The translations under genes and the position numbers were made by a program. The notes beneath the pieces were generated by a model. The model was given only the letters and a program-made list of their open reading frames with translations. It was not told the DNA's origin and did not search any database. A stretch of 64,000 bases of DNA from the NCBI GenBank assembly GCA_020137815.1, contig CM035358.1, positions 6,696,001-6,760,000 on the forward strand, written 5' to 3'. Shown here piece by piece: positions 1 to 12,371 of the stretch (position 1 is the first letter of the stretch; every line of letters starts with the position of its first letter). Source of the stretch: Hormiphora californensis. Its lineage: Eukaryota > Animalia > Ctenophora.

Positions 1-38
1 AAAGCGTTTGTTTCTGTTGCTTGCACCTCTAAAAGTAT

Positions 39-74
<36 letters not shown>

Positions 75-935
75 GGAGAGAGAGGCAGAGTGAGAGTAGC
101 GGAGACGAGAGACGAGAGAGAACGAGAGGAGATGAGGGAGAGAGAGAGAGAGAGGAGAGGAAGGAGGAGAGAGAGAGAGAGGAGAGAGAGAGAGGATGGT
201 TGATTTTCAAAAGGCGGAAAAATTATATATAACACATGTTAGTATGCGACATGCATAATACAAGCGGCTAGAGAGGGAGGGGGATGATAGGTCGAGTGTG
301 TAGAGGTAACGTGAGAGCGTGAGATTTGAGGAAATGGCAGTTAAACATATTATCGATAACATGTCAACAATATTTTATTTGACTGCCAAACGAATGAAAT
401 ATGTCGACCTGGTCAGGATGGCTCCAATAATTCTATACCCTCAATTAATACCTACAATCTAACAGATATATCCTACCTGAGATGGCGGCCAGAAGATATA
501 CAAATACTAATAAATCCATGTGATTTCTTGTCGTCTCAATTTCATGCCATAGCTAAAAAGGAAGTTCAGCAAATTCGCATTGCGAAATCAATCCAAATAC
601 AATTAAAAGCAGCTAGCAAGGCGATACAACGGAATACATGCGTCAAGAAATAAATATCGTGCCTTTACCCTTTCCTTATTGCTGCAGCAGCATTAATACT
701 AAAGATCTAGAATATTCTCTTGCGACAAAGTTAATGAGAAATTGCAATGTTGACATCTAGCCTGAAGTACAAATAAGGGACGAGAATTCAATAAATTTCA
801 ATACTGACTAAAGCGGCTAAAGACATATCGCCACCCACCGTGATGATAATGAATATATCGTGGTTGTCAAGAGAAGAGGAACACTATAGATGTTGACAAA
901 TTGATAAAATTATGCCGCATTTTAAACCTGATTGT

Positions 936-1007
936 TTGCCTGGCTAGACTGTGTTTCGGGCGCCCCGCCCCCGAATCCTTTACAAATGTAAAGGGAGGGT
1001 TAGAACA
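936..1007 (-). mobile_element. Short dispersed retroposon-like element (TTGCC...hairpin...TTAGAACA family)
   Basis: Same termini and CCTTTACA-AA-TGTAAAGG hairpin recur at 4143-4217 and 61109-61177; the last copy has a 10-bp flanking duplication. Strand is inferred. Confidence 0.55.
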
Positions 1008-2622
1008 TAGCAACTGATTGTATAAACTACGCTTGTTTAATAAAGAATCCAATCCTGCAGAGGCATATTTAATTTATTACTTGTGTTGAAGGACTGACGG
1101 ATATTAACATTTAAAAAGCTGTATTACTTGTTGAATTGTATATACTTTTAAAACTATTTTGTAAAGTTTTATCTTTTTTAATATTCTATGACCTGGGTAT
1201 CTTTCAAACTGTCTTGAGCTGATACCATCGACAAATGATTTTAATAATCAGTGACGTATACATAAAATCTCCGTGATATTGGCCGCCCACAGAGCGCCAG
1301 CCACGAAGTGGTTCACTCCAGGCAGTCCACTAACATTGATTGCTTTTCTGCCGTAGACCGCATCGTAGACCGCATCGTAGGTAACGATTGATTCAGGCGG
1401 CCAATATGATAGAGCACCATTATCGTAAAAAGTAATAAGGAGCTCAATTTATCATGCAGCTTGCAAAGGAAAATAGCGCTTTAGAAATTTAGTAGCAGTG
1501 CAGTGGATCTACTCAAAGTCAAATTTAGAATTGTCAATCTACCAAAATTAAAAACTGCACAGCCGTGTATAGACTTAAAGGGTAGCACTTTCAATATCAA
1601 AATAAGATTAATAAATCAATTGATAAAACTGTTAATCTAAATTTACATCAAGTAGAGAAACGCGTAACTGGTAACAACAAACTTGACAATTTATCAAACA
1701 CGAATCAATTTTATGAATTTAAAAACATTTTGTTAGAATTAGGATGACCACTCGTCATGATTCTTAGACCTCTGACAACACACTTCAAAGGATAGAGATA
1801 CGATTAGACTTCAGAGAACAGCACAGGACCTGTGTAAGAGGGGAAACAGACGCGGTTGCCGGTTCAAAAAATGAAACTGTAACGCGTTTGGGAACCGGGC
1901 GAGGCCGAGAGGGAAATTACTTTTTTTATTTTTTCGCGCGCGTAGTTTAGCAGCGAAGTAAAGTTATTATCGCGCGTTACATTACTTACCGCGCCAGAAA
2001 TTCAAACTCGAGTCCGCGCGATCGCGAGCCAAGACTTTTAAGTTTTTCGCGCAAAAAAACAACTTTTTTTCGCCCAAAAACGTTCCTCCCCCCTCCCTTG
2101 AAAAGCGCTGCCTTGGAATGCATTGCAGTCCCCCCCATGCGTGCACCCCCGCAACGAGGGGCCTGCAGCGTATGCCAATGCCTTATCCAACGTTTGCCAA
2201 CTCCCCAAACTTCCCTGACGCACAGCTCCAGTGTACGCTTTACAGCTCCCCAGCACACAGATAAGAAAATACTGGTTTTGAATGTGTCCCATATGCAACC
2301 TTCATCACCTTCCAAATTCTATAGACTAGTGCACCCATTGGGCGCGCCTCAAGTAAGGGCCTTTTGATAACCCAGTCCCACCCGGCTTCGCCGTGTGGCT
2401 CATTTCGCCACTTTCAACGTCAATAACACCGTTGCCATGGCAACTGAATTGGTAAACATGGTGACTGGCATTTTTCAGATTCTCCCAAAACGTGCTCAAG
2501 TCATCGAGCAGGTTACCTTTAGTAGCTACAATCGCTACTATGAACACCAAACACCACTTGATCATCATTACAATGTAAAACAAAAAAGGATCTACTTCTG
2601 AACCGACAAAATACAACAAGAA

Positions 2623-3058
2623 GAAGATCTCTGATCACTATACTGGGCGGGTAGATCACTGTTTAAATATGGGCGCTGTTATAGCAGGGGCGGGTAGAAT
2701 CTACCCGGTAGATCACTTAAAATCTGGGCGCTGAGTACTGGGCGGAACACTGTTGACAGTAATACGCCCACCCCAACTTTATGACATCGCCTAGGGTGGA
2801 ATGTCAGCCCTGATATACTTATCGATATGCTCTACAGCTCTGAAGAAGATCTCTGATCACTATACTGGGCGGGTAGATTACTGTCTAGGTAAATATGGGC
2901 GCTGTTATACCAGGGGCGGGTAGATCACTATTAAAATCTGGGCGCTGAGTACTGGGCGGAACACTGTTGACAGTAATACGCCCACCCCAACTTTATGACA
3001 TCGCCTAGGGTGGAATGTCAGCCCTGATATACTTATCGATATGCTCTACAGCTCTGAA
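2623..3058. repeat. Tandem duplication (~220-245-bp units) at the end of the Helitron fragment
   Basis: gaagaagatctctgatcactatactgggcgggtag... and ...gacatcgcctagggtggaatgtcagccctg each occur twice. Confidence 0.85.
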
Positions 3059-3415
3059 CTTGTATCCATCCTTCAGCCAAAACGCAATGTGGGTGTGAGG
3101 AAGGCCACGCTTTTGAAATTCAATAACTCCAGATACAGCTTGCTGCTCTCCAAAAGCGACCTTAAGGTCCTCATGAAACTCTTTTAAATGGAGGTTAAAA
3201 GCGGCCGCTACAATATCAGGCCTATCAGACGCAGTAAGGGGTGTGTCACTACACAGTACACACACGATGGGCAGTGGAGGTTGTGCCATCTTCATTCTGT
3301 ACCTGGAATCCCTCGTTACCGAGATTTTTGACAATATCAGGATGTTTTGGGTTACATGTAAACGTGATAAATAAATCAGGTTTAGAAATCTTGGCTGTCA
3401 ATTGTCATGGCCATT
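3005..3415 (-). mobile_element. Helitron Rep (HUH endonuclease) remnant, frameshifted
   Basis: Minus-strand translation gives KPDLFITFTCNPKHPDI (motif 1), DRPDIVAAAF and VIEFQKRGLPHTHI (HUH motif 2), then IDKYIRADIP. The motifs lie in different frames. Confidence 0.9.
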
Positions 3416-4209
3416 TAAATAGAGATGGTAAGCTACTGACAGTTAGCCGTGGCCATTTGGTCACAAAGATGTCCCTGAGTCCCCTCCCCACCGTCACATT
3501 TCACGATGACTCGCACATGAATAAGTAAATACGAGGGTCGAGAAACGATGTAAGGAAAAACAGAAGTACTGCATCTAGACTTTTGTGCCCCTATTATCAA
3601 ATGTGCAGTGGCACTACAGTAGTGCAACTATGTACAACCGTGTCTCGCACAAGACTGTCCTCTGGTCGCATAAATCGAGCACCGTGTCCGATGTAACAGT
3701 CAGTGCCTGACAAGGAAAAGTGGAAAACATTTCCCAATGTGATCCCGGATATAGGGGCTGGGAATGTTAATGAGTTCAACAATTTACCGGGCATTTGTTG
3801 GACACCTCAGGATACAGGGCCATTACTGATCGACTTTTTAGTAGGGGGACGACCTGATAACTGTAATATTTATATCACAGTTATCAGGTCGTCCTTTATA
3901 AAGGAGGAGAAGATGCATTTGATTTTTGTGGATTTCCTGACATGACCAGTTGAATATAAGTAGAGTCGAACAGTTCTTTCGGGAATAGTTAATATAGGTT
4001 TACACTCAATATAATATAGGTTTACACTCACTAAAAAGAGATAATATAATACATACACCAGACAGTAGACAATAAAATTATCTATAGTAGTATAAATCGT
4101 AACCTTCATCTTCATCATCATTATATGATACATTATACACTCTTGCCTAGCTAGACTGTGTTTCCTGCGCCCCGCCCGCGATACACACATTTACAAATGT
4201 AAAGGGGGG

Positions 4210-5277
4210 TTAGAACATAACAAATACACTCTGGTCGCGGTATGTGGTATTCCAGTTATCCTCAGCTTTTTTGTACAATTTCATCGTAGCTCTGGCATCC
4301 TCGACAGAACTGTGTGAACCTTTCTGAATATCCAAGTGAAGAATGCGGCCTGAAGTTATGTATTTTACAAAGAAATAGTCGCTCTGAGACTAAATGATTG
4401 AAATACTCCATGACTAAAACACTACGTACGTGCAAGAATTTTTAAGGATGGCTTTCTTCCAATATCACCGAAAACACCAAAAGCAAGAACACGCAAGTGG
4501 ATGCAAAGTGATGTGTCCAATCGTAACTGGGGCGGTGGCGTGTATTCAAGAACCTGCAGATCTTTTACTAGATCATGGCCGACAATGTATTTGTCATTGA
4601 GAATTCCCAGTATTTCTAGTCTCGCGGCAGCGTAGGGAACTGCATCTCGCATGTGTCTCGGTCTAATTCCACTGAACCTGAAAACCATGTCTTTCATGTT
4701 ATTCAAGAAAACACGATGACTTATGGGGCTGTGGCATTGCCACCACAGTTGAATTTAATTCGAATGGCTCATTTCCCCAATACAATAAGCATCCTCAATA
4801 ATCTTCTTGTCCGCTGAAATAGATAGTTAGATGATATCAAATGACTGTCAACCGTCCTATAAACATATGTTTATAGGAACTAATGACAATGTATAAACTA
4901 ATTTTGTTTTGGATCATTTCAAACCTCGTCCGATAATCTATAATTTGTCCTGAGGGTCGGACGTATTCGTCATACAAGATCCCTCCATTGTAGTTCACGA
5001 TACTACACCTCGCTAGTGCACCAACTTGTCCTCCAGTGGGACCCCGAACACCCACCTGACAGGGTTCACGTGGTTTGTTATGTTCCAACGTTCCTTTACA
5101 TTTGTGGGGGGGGGGGGTACGGAGAAACAAGGCGAGCAAGGCAACATACGATGGGGTGGTGGAGGGTGAAGGGTATCAGATATATGTAGGAGGAAGTCAT
5201 CAAAAAGTTTAAAAAACACCCACCATCTCACAGTCCAGTGCGACAATGTTATCCGGAATTAGCCTGGGGAGTGCCAT
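4210..5277 (-). CDS. DEDDh 3'-5' exonuclease, ISG20/ISG20L2/AEN/REXO4 family, 190 aa; exons 5277-5224, 5055-4925, 4677-4430, 4349-4210
   Basis: Four exons joined by GT-AG introns give an open 573-nt frame: [20 protein letters not shown]...[11 protein letters not shown]...DYRTRFSGIRP...VGHDLVKDL...[14 protein letters not shown]. All D-E-D-H-D catalytic residues are present. Confidence 0.9.
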
Positions 5278-5689
5278 AGAGAAAATACACACAAGGTAGA
5301 AGCAAACTCGCATAAATATATTTATATGGGCGACACACATTTTACTTCCCTGTGTGTGTCGAAACACGAGATCTAGCGAAAGAAAAAGCAGATAAGGAGC
5401 TGAAACGAAATTAACTTATTAAATAATCGAAATCAGTCTGAGTTGAGTTATAAATATTAAATTCGATTTCCCCCTTGACCCCAACTTAGTTGGACTCGGA
5501 TCCACTCCTGTAATCCAACATGAGTGTCGGAAACCCTGCTTGAAACCCAGGATCCTGCGATCGTCAAAAATAAAAACAAACGCTGATTTGAAATGATGAG
5601 AAAAATAAAATTAACTGGACAAAAAGAATCAGCTCATATGATAATTATAATATGTAGCGATCAATATTACACAGTAATTACAGTAATTA

Positions 5690-8600
5690 TCACGAAAAAA
5701 GTCCTTTGAGGGTGGATCGAATGTTTCTGTGCATTGTTCCGTAAATTATCACATTGATACATGCGGTAAAGTATGCCATACAAACACTGGTGAATGCAAA
5801 GGCCTTGCTCGCATAGGACAGGGAGTATCCTTGTGATAGGAAGATGGCTTGGCTTGTAATGTAGGGTGTGTAGCAGAAGAAAAAGGATAGGTAAACTAGA
5901 ACTGTTGTACGGGCTATCTTCTGTTGGTACCTGTAACAAGTTGTTGAGTTAGTACCTGAGTAACCTGATTAAAGAGCTTGTTATGTTCTAGCCCTCCTTT
6001 ACATCTTCGCCGTGCGGGGTAACTTTACAAGCTTGAGTTATGAAAAACGTACTTGCTCATTTTGCTGTAAGCATTGGAAGCGTAGGATAGCTTTTTGAGT
6101 TGATGAAGGACTGAGGTTGTTACTACACTGGACATCTTCCGTGCTCCATCCTTTATTGCCTGAGCAGAGTCTTCCGTCCAGGACCTAAAGGAAAACACGT
6201 GATATGTTGGTACTTGGAAATGGAATGGACCTGAAGTGAGATGTTTGTGTAAGCTTCGTCACTGAAATCTTGCACACACTTGTACTGTGTGCTGTATGGG
6301 ATCCATGTATTGTAAAATATTTGAGTTGTTCATACGGAGTGAGATAATGCAACACATTGTCTCAAGTTGCCATGGTAACCCAAGTTGTCATGGTAACTCA
6401 AGTTGTCATGGTAACTCAAGTTGTCATGGTAACTCAAGTTGTCATGGTAACAACAACATACCCTCTTCTTGATCCCGCACCCGGAGAGGTATTTCCATCC
6501 AGTTGAAACTTGTATGGTGCGGCAATGGTAACATGAAGTCCTGTCTTCTCATACATCGTTTCAATGTCTGTAGAACGCTTCTCCATAACCGGCCTGGTGA
6601 TACAAAGTTATGGATAAATATAGTGTTGATCAAGGCTGACCTTATGACCCTATAATTGGAATCTGGGTCCTGTTGGAAAAGTCACTGGGTCCCTGGCAGG
6701 GAATCCATTATCATGGTAACTGCCTAAGCCCTAAACAAAAGTTAGTGACTCACGTAAGTTGTTGGGCAGCATCAGAGCCCCGATCGTTGCCATGACGATG
6801 GTTACCATTCATGACTCCCTTCATATCAAGCGGGTCTATTTTCTTGGTGATGGCTGGTAGTTCAATGTAGTCTTCTTCATCACTCTCAGTGTCATCCCGG
6901 GATTGGTCGAATTGTTCCACCTTGATGCCAATTTCACTCTGCGATAGGGTAAGAAAAGGGTCAGATAAAACCATAGATAAAAGATAAGATAACCATAAAT
7001 AAATGATAAGATAAAGATGAAGGGCTCAGATAAGTAAAGGTTGAGATAAAGATAAAGATAAGATAAAGATGTCAATACGAACTATCACTGGTGCCAAAAT
7101 TCCAATAAAATTTTAAGACTGCGAGACCCGTGGGGGGGGGGGTGTTCTGACGTGTATCCCACTTAGGGGGTGGGTGTTTTTCAAAATTGCCCTGTCAGAG
7201 CATTGGCCTGACCCTATTCTCATTTCTTTCATTCTCATTTCAAATAGTTCACGCGAGAACTGTGGTCAAAGCATTGGCCTGACAGAAATTGCCACTGTGT
7301 TTTTTGCTAAATTATAGTCATTTTTGGCCATATTTGGTCAAATATTTGGGGGTTGATCACAAGTCTGATTGTCCGTGAGAAATTCTTACAGTGGGAGGAT
7401 CAGTAGCTACTAGCTAGTGAAACAGTTTAACGACCGATCACGAATGGAATGCGTGAGTTGGTTAGAGCTAGAGATTTGCTAAAAATACCTTTTTATTGCT
7501 ATATAGTTAGAAGTCTAGACGATGGTTAAGCTACTTTTTAAAATTATATTGTCGGGATGACGTTTTAAATTCTTTATTTTATGAATTTTAAATCGCAGCA
7601 TACCCTGGTTTTAAATTCCCTCTGTGGGCTGTGGCACCAGGCACTCAGATGAAACAACTCAGAAGAAATAACAGATATACAGTCGGACCCCGATTTACCG
7701 GAGTTCGCGACACAAGGTATTATATAATATTCACTGTTGGCTAACAAACAACACAGTTTGGGGAAACAAAATAAAGTAAGAAAAGATTTAAAAAGTTCCT
7801 ACCGTTTTTGCTAAAGTCCCCATGTTATAGCTCTCTTTGTCGCCTGAAGTTCCACGTCGTAGCGACCGAGAGGTACTTCGCATAAACTTTTTGATCGTGT
7901 TTCCCATACTGAAACGAAGACTTTGTTAAAATTATCTGAATTTTAAACAAAACATCAACAATGATGACCCTCAACGAAATGATACAGCTGTATTTAGGAC
8001 GCTCCATTATGACTCTCCATTTGTTTGAATCTTTAATTTCACATACTTTCTTGGGGAGAGAACCTTCTTGGCAATGCGGACATAGCAAACTGTCATCACT
8101 ACCAATGGACAGATGAAGTTTAACAGAAGATCTACCGCTGAAAACACCTGAAAATATTTCGTGTGATTAACATCATACATTTTCACGGACCGCACTCGAT
8201 ATACTAAACAACAAGGTCTAAAAACAGAAAAATAAGAGTTTTTGATTAGGATTGGGAGGATTTTTGAATGCTCTACCCCGGTTTAACGGACACCCCGATT
8301 TAACGGACAAAACCCTTTCCCCCGAGGGTGCCGTTAAATCGGGGTCCGACTGTATTTGATCTCGAATGGGAAACTCACCATAAGAAAGATGTTATCAGAG
8401 TCATCAGTTTTGGTTTTCAGAATGCAGGTGTTCAGAGTGACACTGTACTCGTGATGTAGGTGCTCCACAGCTTGAACTATCACCAGGGGCAACTGAAACA
8501 TATGCATTTTAGTTAAATCACCAGGGGCAACTGTAACATGCATTTTAGTTAAATCACCATTTAGTTGGTTACCGTTTAGGCATACCGTCCATACAGATTT

Positions 8601-11171
8601 AGTAAAAACTAAGGGCCGGGATATATAGTCATGTTTTCTTTGTTAATGTTGGAAATGTGAACAGTGAGCCTCAGCCCTCATATAATAATAATCTTTGCGC
8701 TTTCCAGCACATCGACAATACATTCTTCTTCTGTATTCAAGTTGAATGAGGATGTGTTGTCTATGAGAAATTCGACCAATATTCATTATGAGATGCACAT
8801 GTATTGTCACGCTTCATTAGGCTTGACCATATATTGCAATGAGGTTTTGCTTCAAAGGGTTCTATAAGATATAATATTTTTCTAGGTTTTCATCCAGACA
8901 AATATATATCACAGGTCCACAAGAATTATATGTTATGTGTATTTCCCTGAGATAGATCAGGTTGACTGAAGCAAATTAGTGTGATGAAAGACGGGCAATA
9001 TACAAACAGTGCCTGCAGTGGGTGTTGATACTAGCAAGTGATAGTACAGTCGGACCCCGATTTAGTGGCCCCCGATTTAGTGGCACCCCGATTTAGTGGC
9101 ACGATTTTTTTCCCCCAAAAATTTTTTTGAGTTTTTTTGTGAAATTTTTTTGAAAATTTTTCAAAGGAATACTAGCCACGTCCGAATCGTGTTTCGAATC
9201 ATTGAATCTTATCGCATGTCCTGCTGTTAATTAGACGGTTCGGAACGAACCGATACGTGATCCCCATGGGGCCATTGAATCACAAGTTCACCAAGCGTCA
9301 AAATTTCGATTCGATGGGGATCACGTATCGGTTCGTTCCGAACCATCTAATTATAGCAGCAGGACATGCGATAAGATGCACCGATTCGAAACACGATTCG
9401 GACGTGGCTGGTATACCTTTAAAAAATTTTAAAACTTTTTTTGCAAAATTTTACAATACGATTGTCAATGCTTTGATCGGTGCTCCCCATAAATTTTGAG
9501 AGAAAAAGTTATTTTGAAAATTTGATACTTCCTCGCCCGCTTAGGGTGCCCCGATTCGGCATGGTATCACGTATCGGTTCGTTTCGAACCCGCTAATTAG
9601 ACAGGAAATCCAGTAAGCTGCACCGATTCGAAACACAAATCGGACGGGCTGGTATAACTTAGAAAATTTTTTCACAATTTTTTTTGAAAAAATTATTTTA
9701 TAGTTTTATATTTCTAATCAGAAATGATCATGTCATCAATACATGAATATTGCATATAACAGTTAGAGGTGTCTTTAGTCTTAGTATAGCATTTTGGGCA
9801 TAAAATAGGTTTTTATGGGCCAAATATGGATCTCCCCGATTTAGTGGCACCCCGATTTAGTGGCAGGATTTCTTTCCCCCGAGGATGCCACTAAATCGGG
9901 GTCCGACTGTAATATGCAGGGTTTCCGTCTCTTTCACTCTATCTTTTCTATCCCTCTCTCTATCTTTTCTTCCCCCGTCTCCCCCTCTCTCCCATCCCCG
10001 TCCACTTACCCCACTCCACAGTATGCACCAGGCCCAGACGAGGGTGACTCCCACAAAGGCTCGTTTCTCGGTCATGATCATCTGATATCTTGTAGCGTGG
10101 AGAACCGCCAAGTACCGATCAATTGCAACTGCTATCATGCCTGGATAGAGGGGATTGTTACAAGAAGAGGAGAAGGGAGGAGATATATGGTGGGAATCAC
10201 TGTTTCTCACTTATATCATCTCTCATCACTGTCTCTATCTCTCTCATCACACTTCATGTTTCAGATCAGCCTACATTATATGACTAGATTTTATAGTCTC
10301 TTCTCTTTTACATCAGATCCTAGAGTTCTCATGATGAGAAGCCATGCTATATATGGTACTCGTCTAGTTGCCGGTCATTCCAATCATACTTGATGAAATG
10401 AACCTCTAGCTAGACTCCCCAACCGCCAGTGTCTCTTATATATGAAACCATGTTTTGTTCCACTCACCTAAGACGACGGCACGAAAAGCGAAAGTGTCGG
10501 AAGTCGCCGCAGCAGAACATGCCATGGGGTTATCAAAAATCCAGGAATTCCTCTTCCCCAGGGTCACAAGAAAAAACAGGGGGAGCTTTAGACCCAGGAT
10601 GAGGTCGCATAACGCCAAGTTGGTTAAAAATCTGAAAAGGATGGAGGTTATATTTTTTGTAAAACCTTTAGTAAAACACAGTGGGTGTAAATGAAAGGAG
10701 CATCAAGAACTAAATATAATGAGCATTTATACCAAAATGTAATAAAATAAATAATAATAATAATAAATATATAAATGAGCATGGAAAGAAAAACGTAAGG
10801 CGCATGTATAACTAAAAACTTACATGTGAGGTGTAAGTCTAGCAGCCTTCTTGATCCTCAGAAAGAGAACGACAATCAGCAGGTTACCTGAAACAATATC
10901 ATGTCAGTATTTGTGTAGCCCACACTACATTTTTCATAAAATGACATCGGCTGATCAGTCAGTATCAAACAATCAATACATCACGAGATAACAATAACAT
11001 TTAATTGGGCATGAGTTCTCGTGTTTGAAACATAATAGTAAAAGTTTTTCCGAGTTGCCTACCTGCGATGGCAATGGTAGCGGCACAAGACATGATAATC
11101 ATGACGGTGTATAACTGGAAAGCATTAGAGAACATGCCCTCATCTCTGGTTTGAAGCACGGACAGGTTCAT
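5690..11171 (-). CDS. Class A (rhodopsin-like) GPCR, 492 aa; exons 11171-11063, 10887-10824, 10631-10468, 10140-10010, 8492-8379, 8147-8047, 7908-7803, 6938-6754, 6593-6462, 6184-6053, 5930-5690
   Basis: Phase-consistent GT-AG splicing gives GNLLI (TM1), NLALCD (TM2), IDRY (TM3), W4.50, an ECL2 Cys, CP...CY (TM5), CYTPY (TM6), NVIIY (TM7) and helix 8. Confidence 0.92.
6363..6451. repeat. 18-bp minisatellite x5 (caagttgYcatggtaacY) resembling RFX X-boxes, in a GPCR intron
   Basis: Visible tandem units, each containing GTTG(C/T)CATGGTAAC. Confidence 0.8.
7188..7283. repeat. Dispersed repeat family (gtcagagcattggcctgac)
   Basis: Reverse-complement copy at ~32028-32106; partial copies near 25680 and 56006. 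Confidence 0.7.
9048..9909. mobile_element. Tc1/pogo-type MITE with TIR CAGTCGGACCCCGATTTA and TA TSD, in a GPCR intron
   Basis: ta|cagtcggaccccgatttagtggc ... gccactaaatcggggtccgactg|ta with an internal palindrome; related ends near 7680 and 8275-8352. Confidence 0.88.
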
Positions 11172-11888
11172 GTTGTCCTATAAACAAATCAGGTGGATAT
11201 TAGTTAAAAAACCAATAGCAAATAATATTCTAGCGCAAGTTAGTACTCAGCTGAGGTACTCAAAGTTCAAAATTCAGGTTACATTCCAATGTATGTACCG
11301 ATTTCTAAAATTACTGTAACGGGAGGGTTTCATGATTATATCATCGGTATGTATCCGTTTATGCGAAAGTGCATTTTACTAGCGAGAAAGCATTTCCTTC
11401 GACAATGACGGAATGTTGTTCTGTTTTTGAGAAAGCAGACAGATTCGCCAAGAAACTTTAGTGGTTTTGGAAGTAGAAAAAGTAATTGCTACTCTGAGAC
11501 TAGAGTATACATGGAGAGATAGCAAAAGTGTATAAACGAGAGAGAAAGATAGAATCTTTCTTTCACTCTCTATCCTTCCCTATATCTATCAGATACATTT
11601 GGGGAGAATCGATTGGCAAAGTTATACGACAGAAATAGATGGGTATAATGAAGACCATATGTTCCGAGAGACAATATAGAAAAAGCGTGGGGAAGAGAGA
11701 TCACTGCTGCTCTATAGGGAGACTACACAAGTTTCAGATTAATGAAAACACACACTGATAGACTGATAGAGAGAGAGGATGCTATAATTGCTATACCCCC
11801 AGATGCTATGGCCTCTATTGCAGCTACTCGGGATCTAATCGGAAAAAGCACTGTACTCTCTTTCTCTCTCTATGATCTCTATCTCTTT

Positions 11889-11948
<60 letters not shown>

Positions 11949-12328
11949 CATCTTTCTCTACATATTGGTATGAGAGCAATGTCCACGCTCTTCCAATATT
12001 TGAAATTAACTGGTATCCGATCAAAGATGGCCTGAGGACATATGTATCGAATATATGTGATATATATTCATTTCGACTCGAATGCAATATATGTCACATA
12101 CTTTCCTAAGAGATTTGATGAACTCTCTTTACTCGCCGCTCCGGCCTGAGATAATTAGACATACTTAATTAGAGGAGATCATGGACAAAAGATGGATCAC
12201 ATAATTAAGAGATCTTTTGTCTTTAAGTTTAAATTCCCTAGAGTACTTTTTATAAGACAAAGCCAAATCAAGAACTACACTCATGATTCATGAGTCAAGT
12301 ATCCTTCTTTTCATCATATCTCTCTCTC

Positions 12329-12368
<40 letters not shown>

Positions 12369-12371
<3 letters not shown>

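Noticed and set aside
8-235. ER/SL-repeat ORFs here and at other (GA)n tracts
   Set aside because: Translations of microsatellites, with no coding evidence.
3530-3560. FLDPR (and LLDPRF near 32005) as hAT transposase remnants
   Set aside because: Five- to six-residue matches with no supporting flanking motifs.
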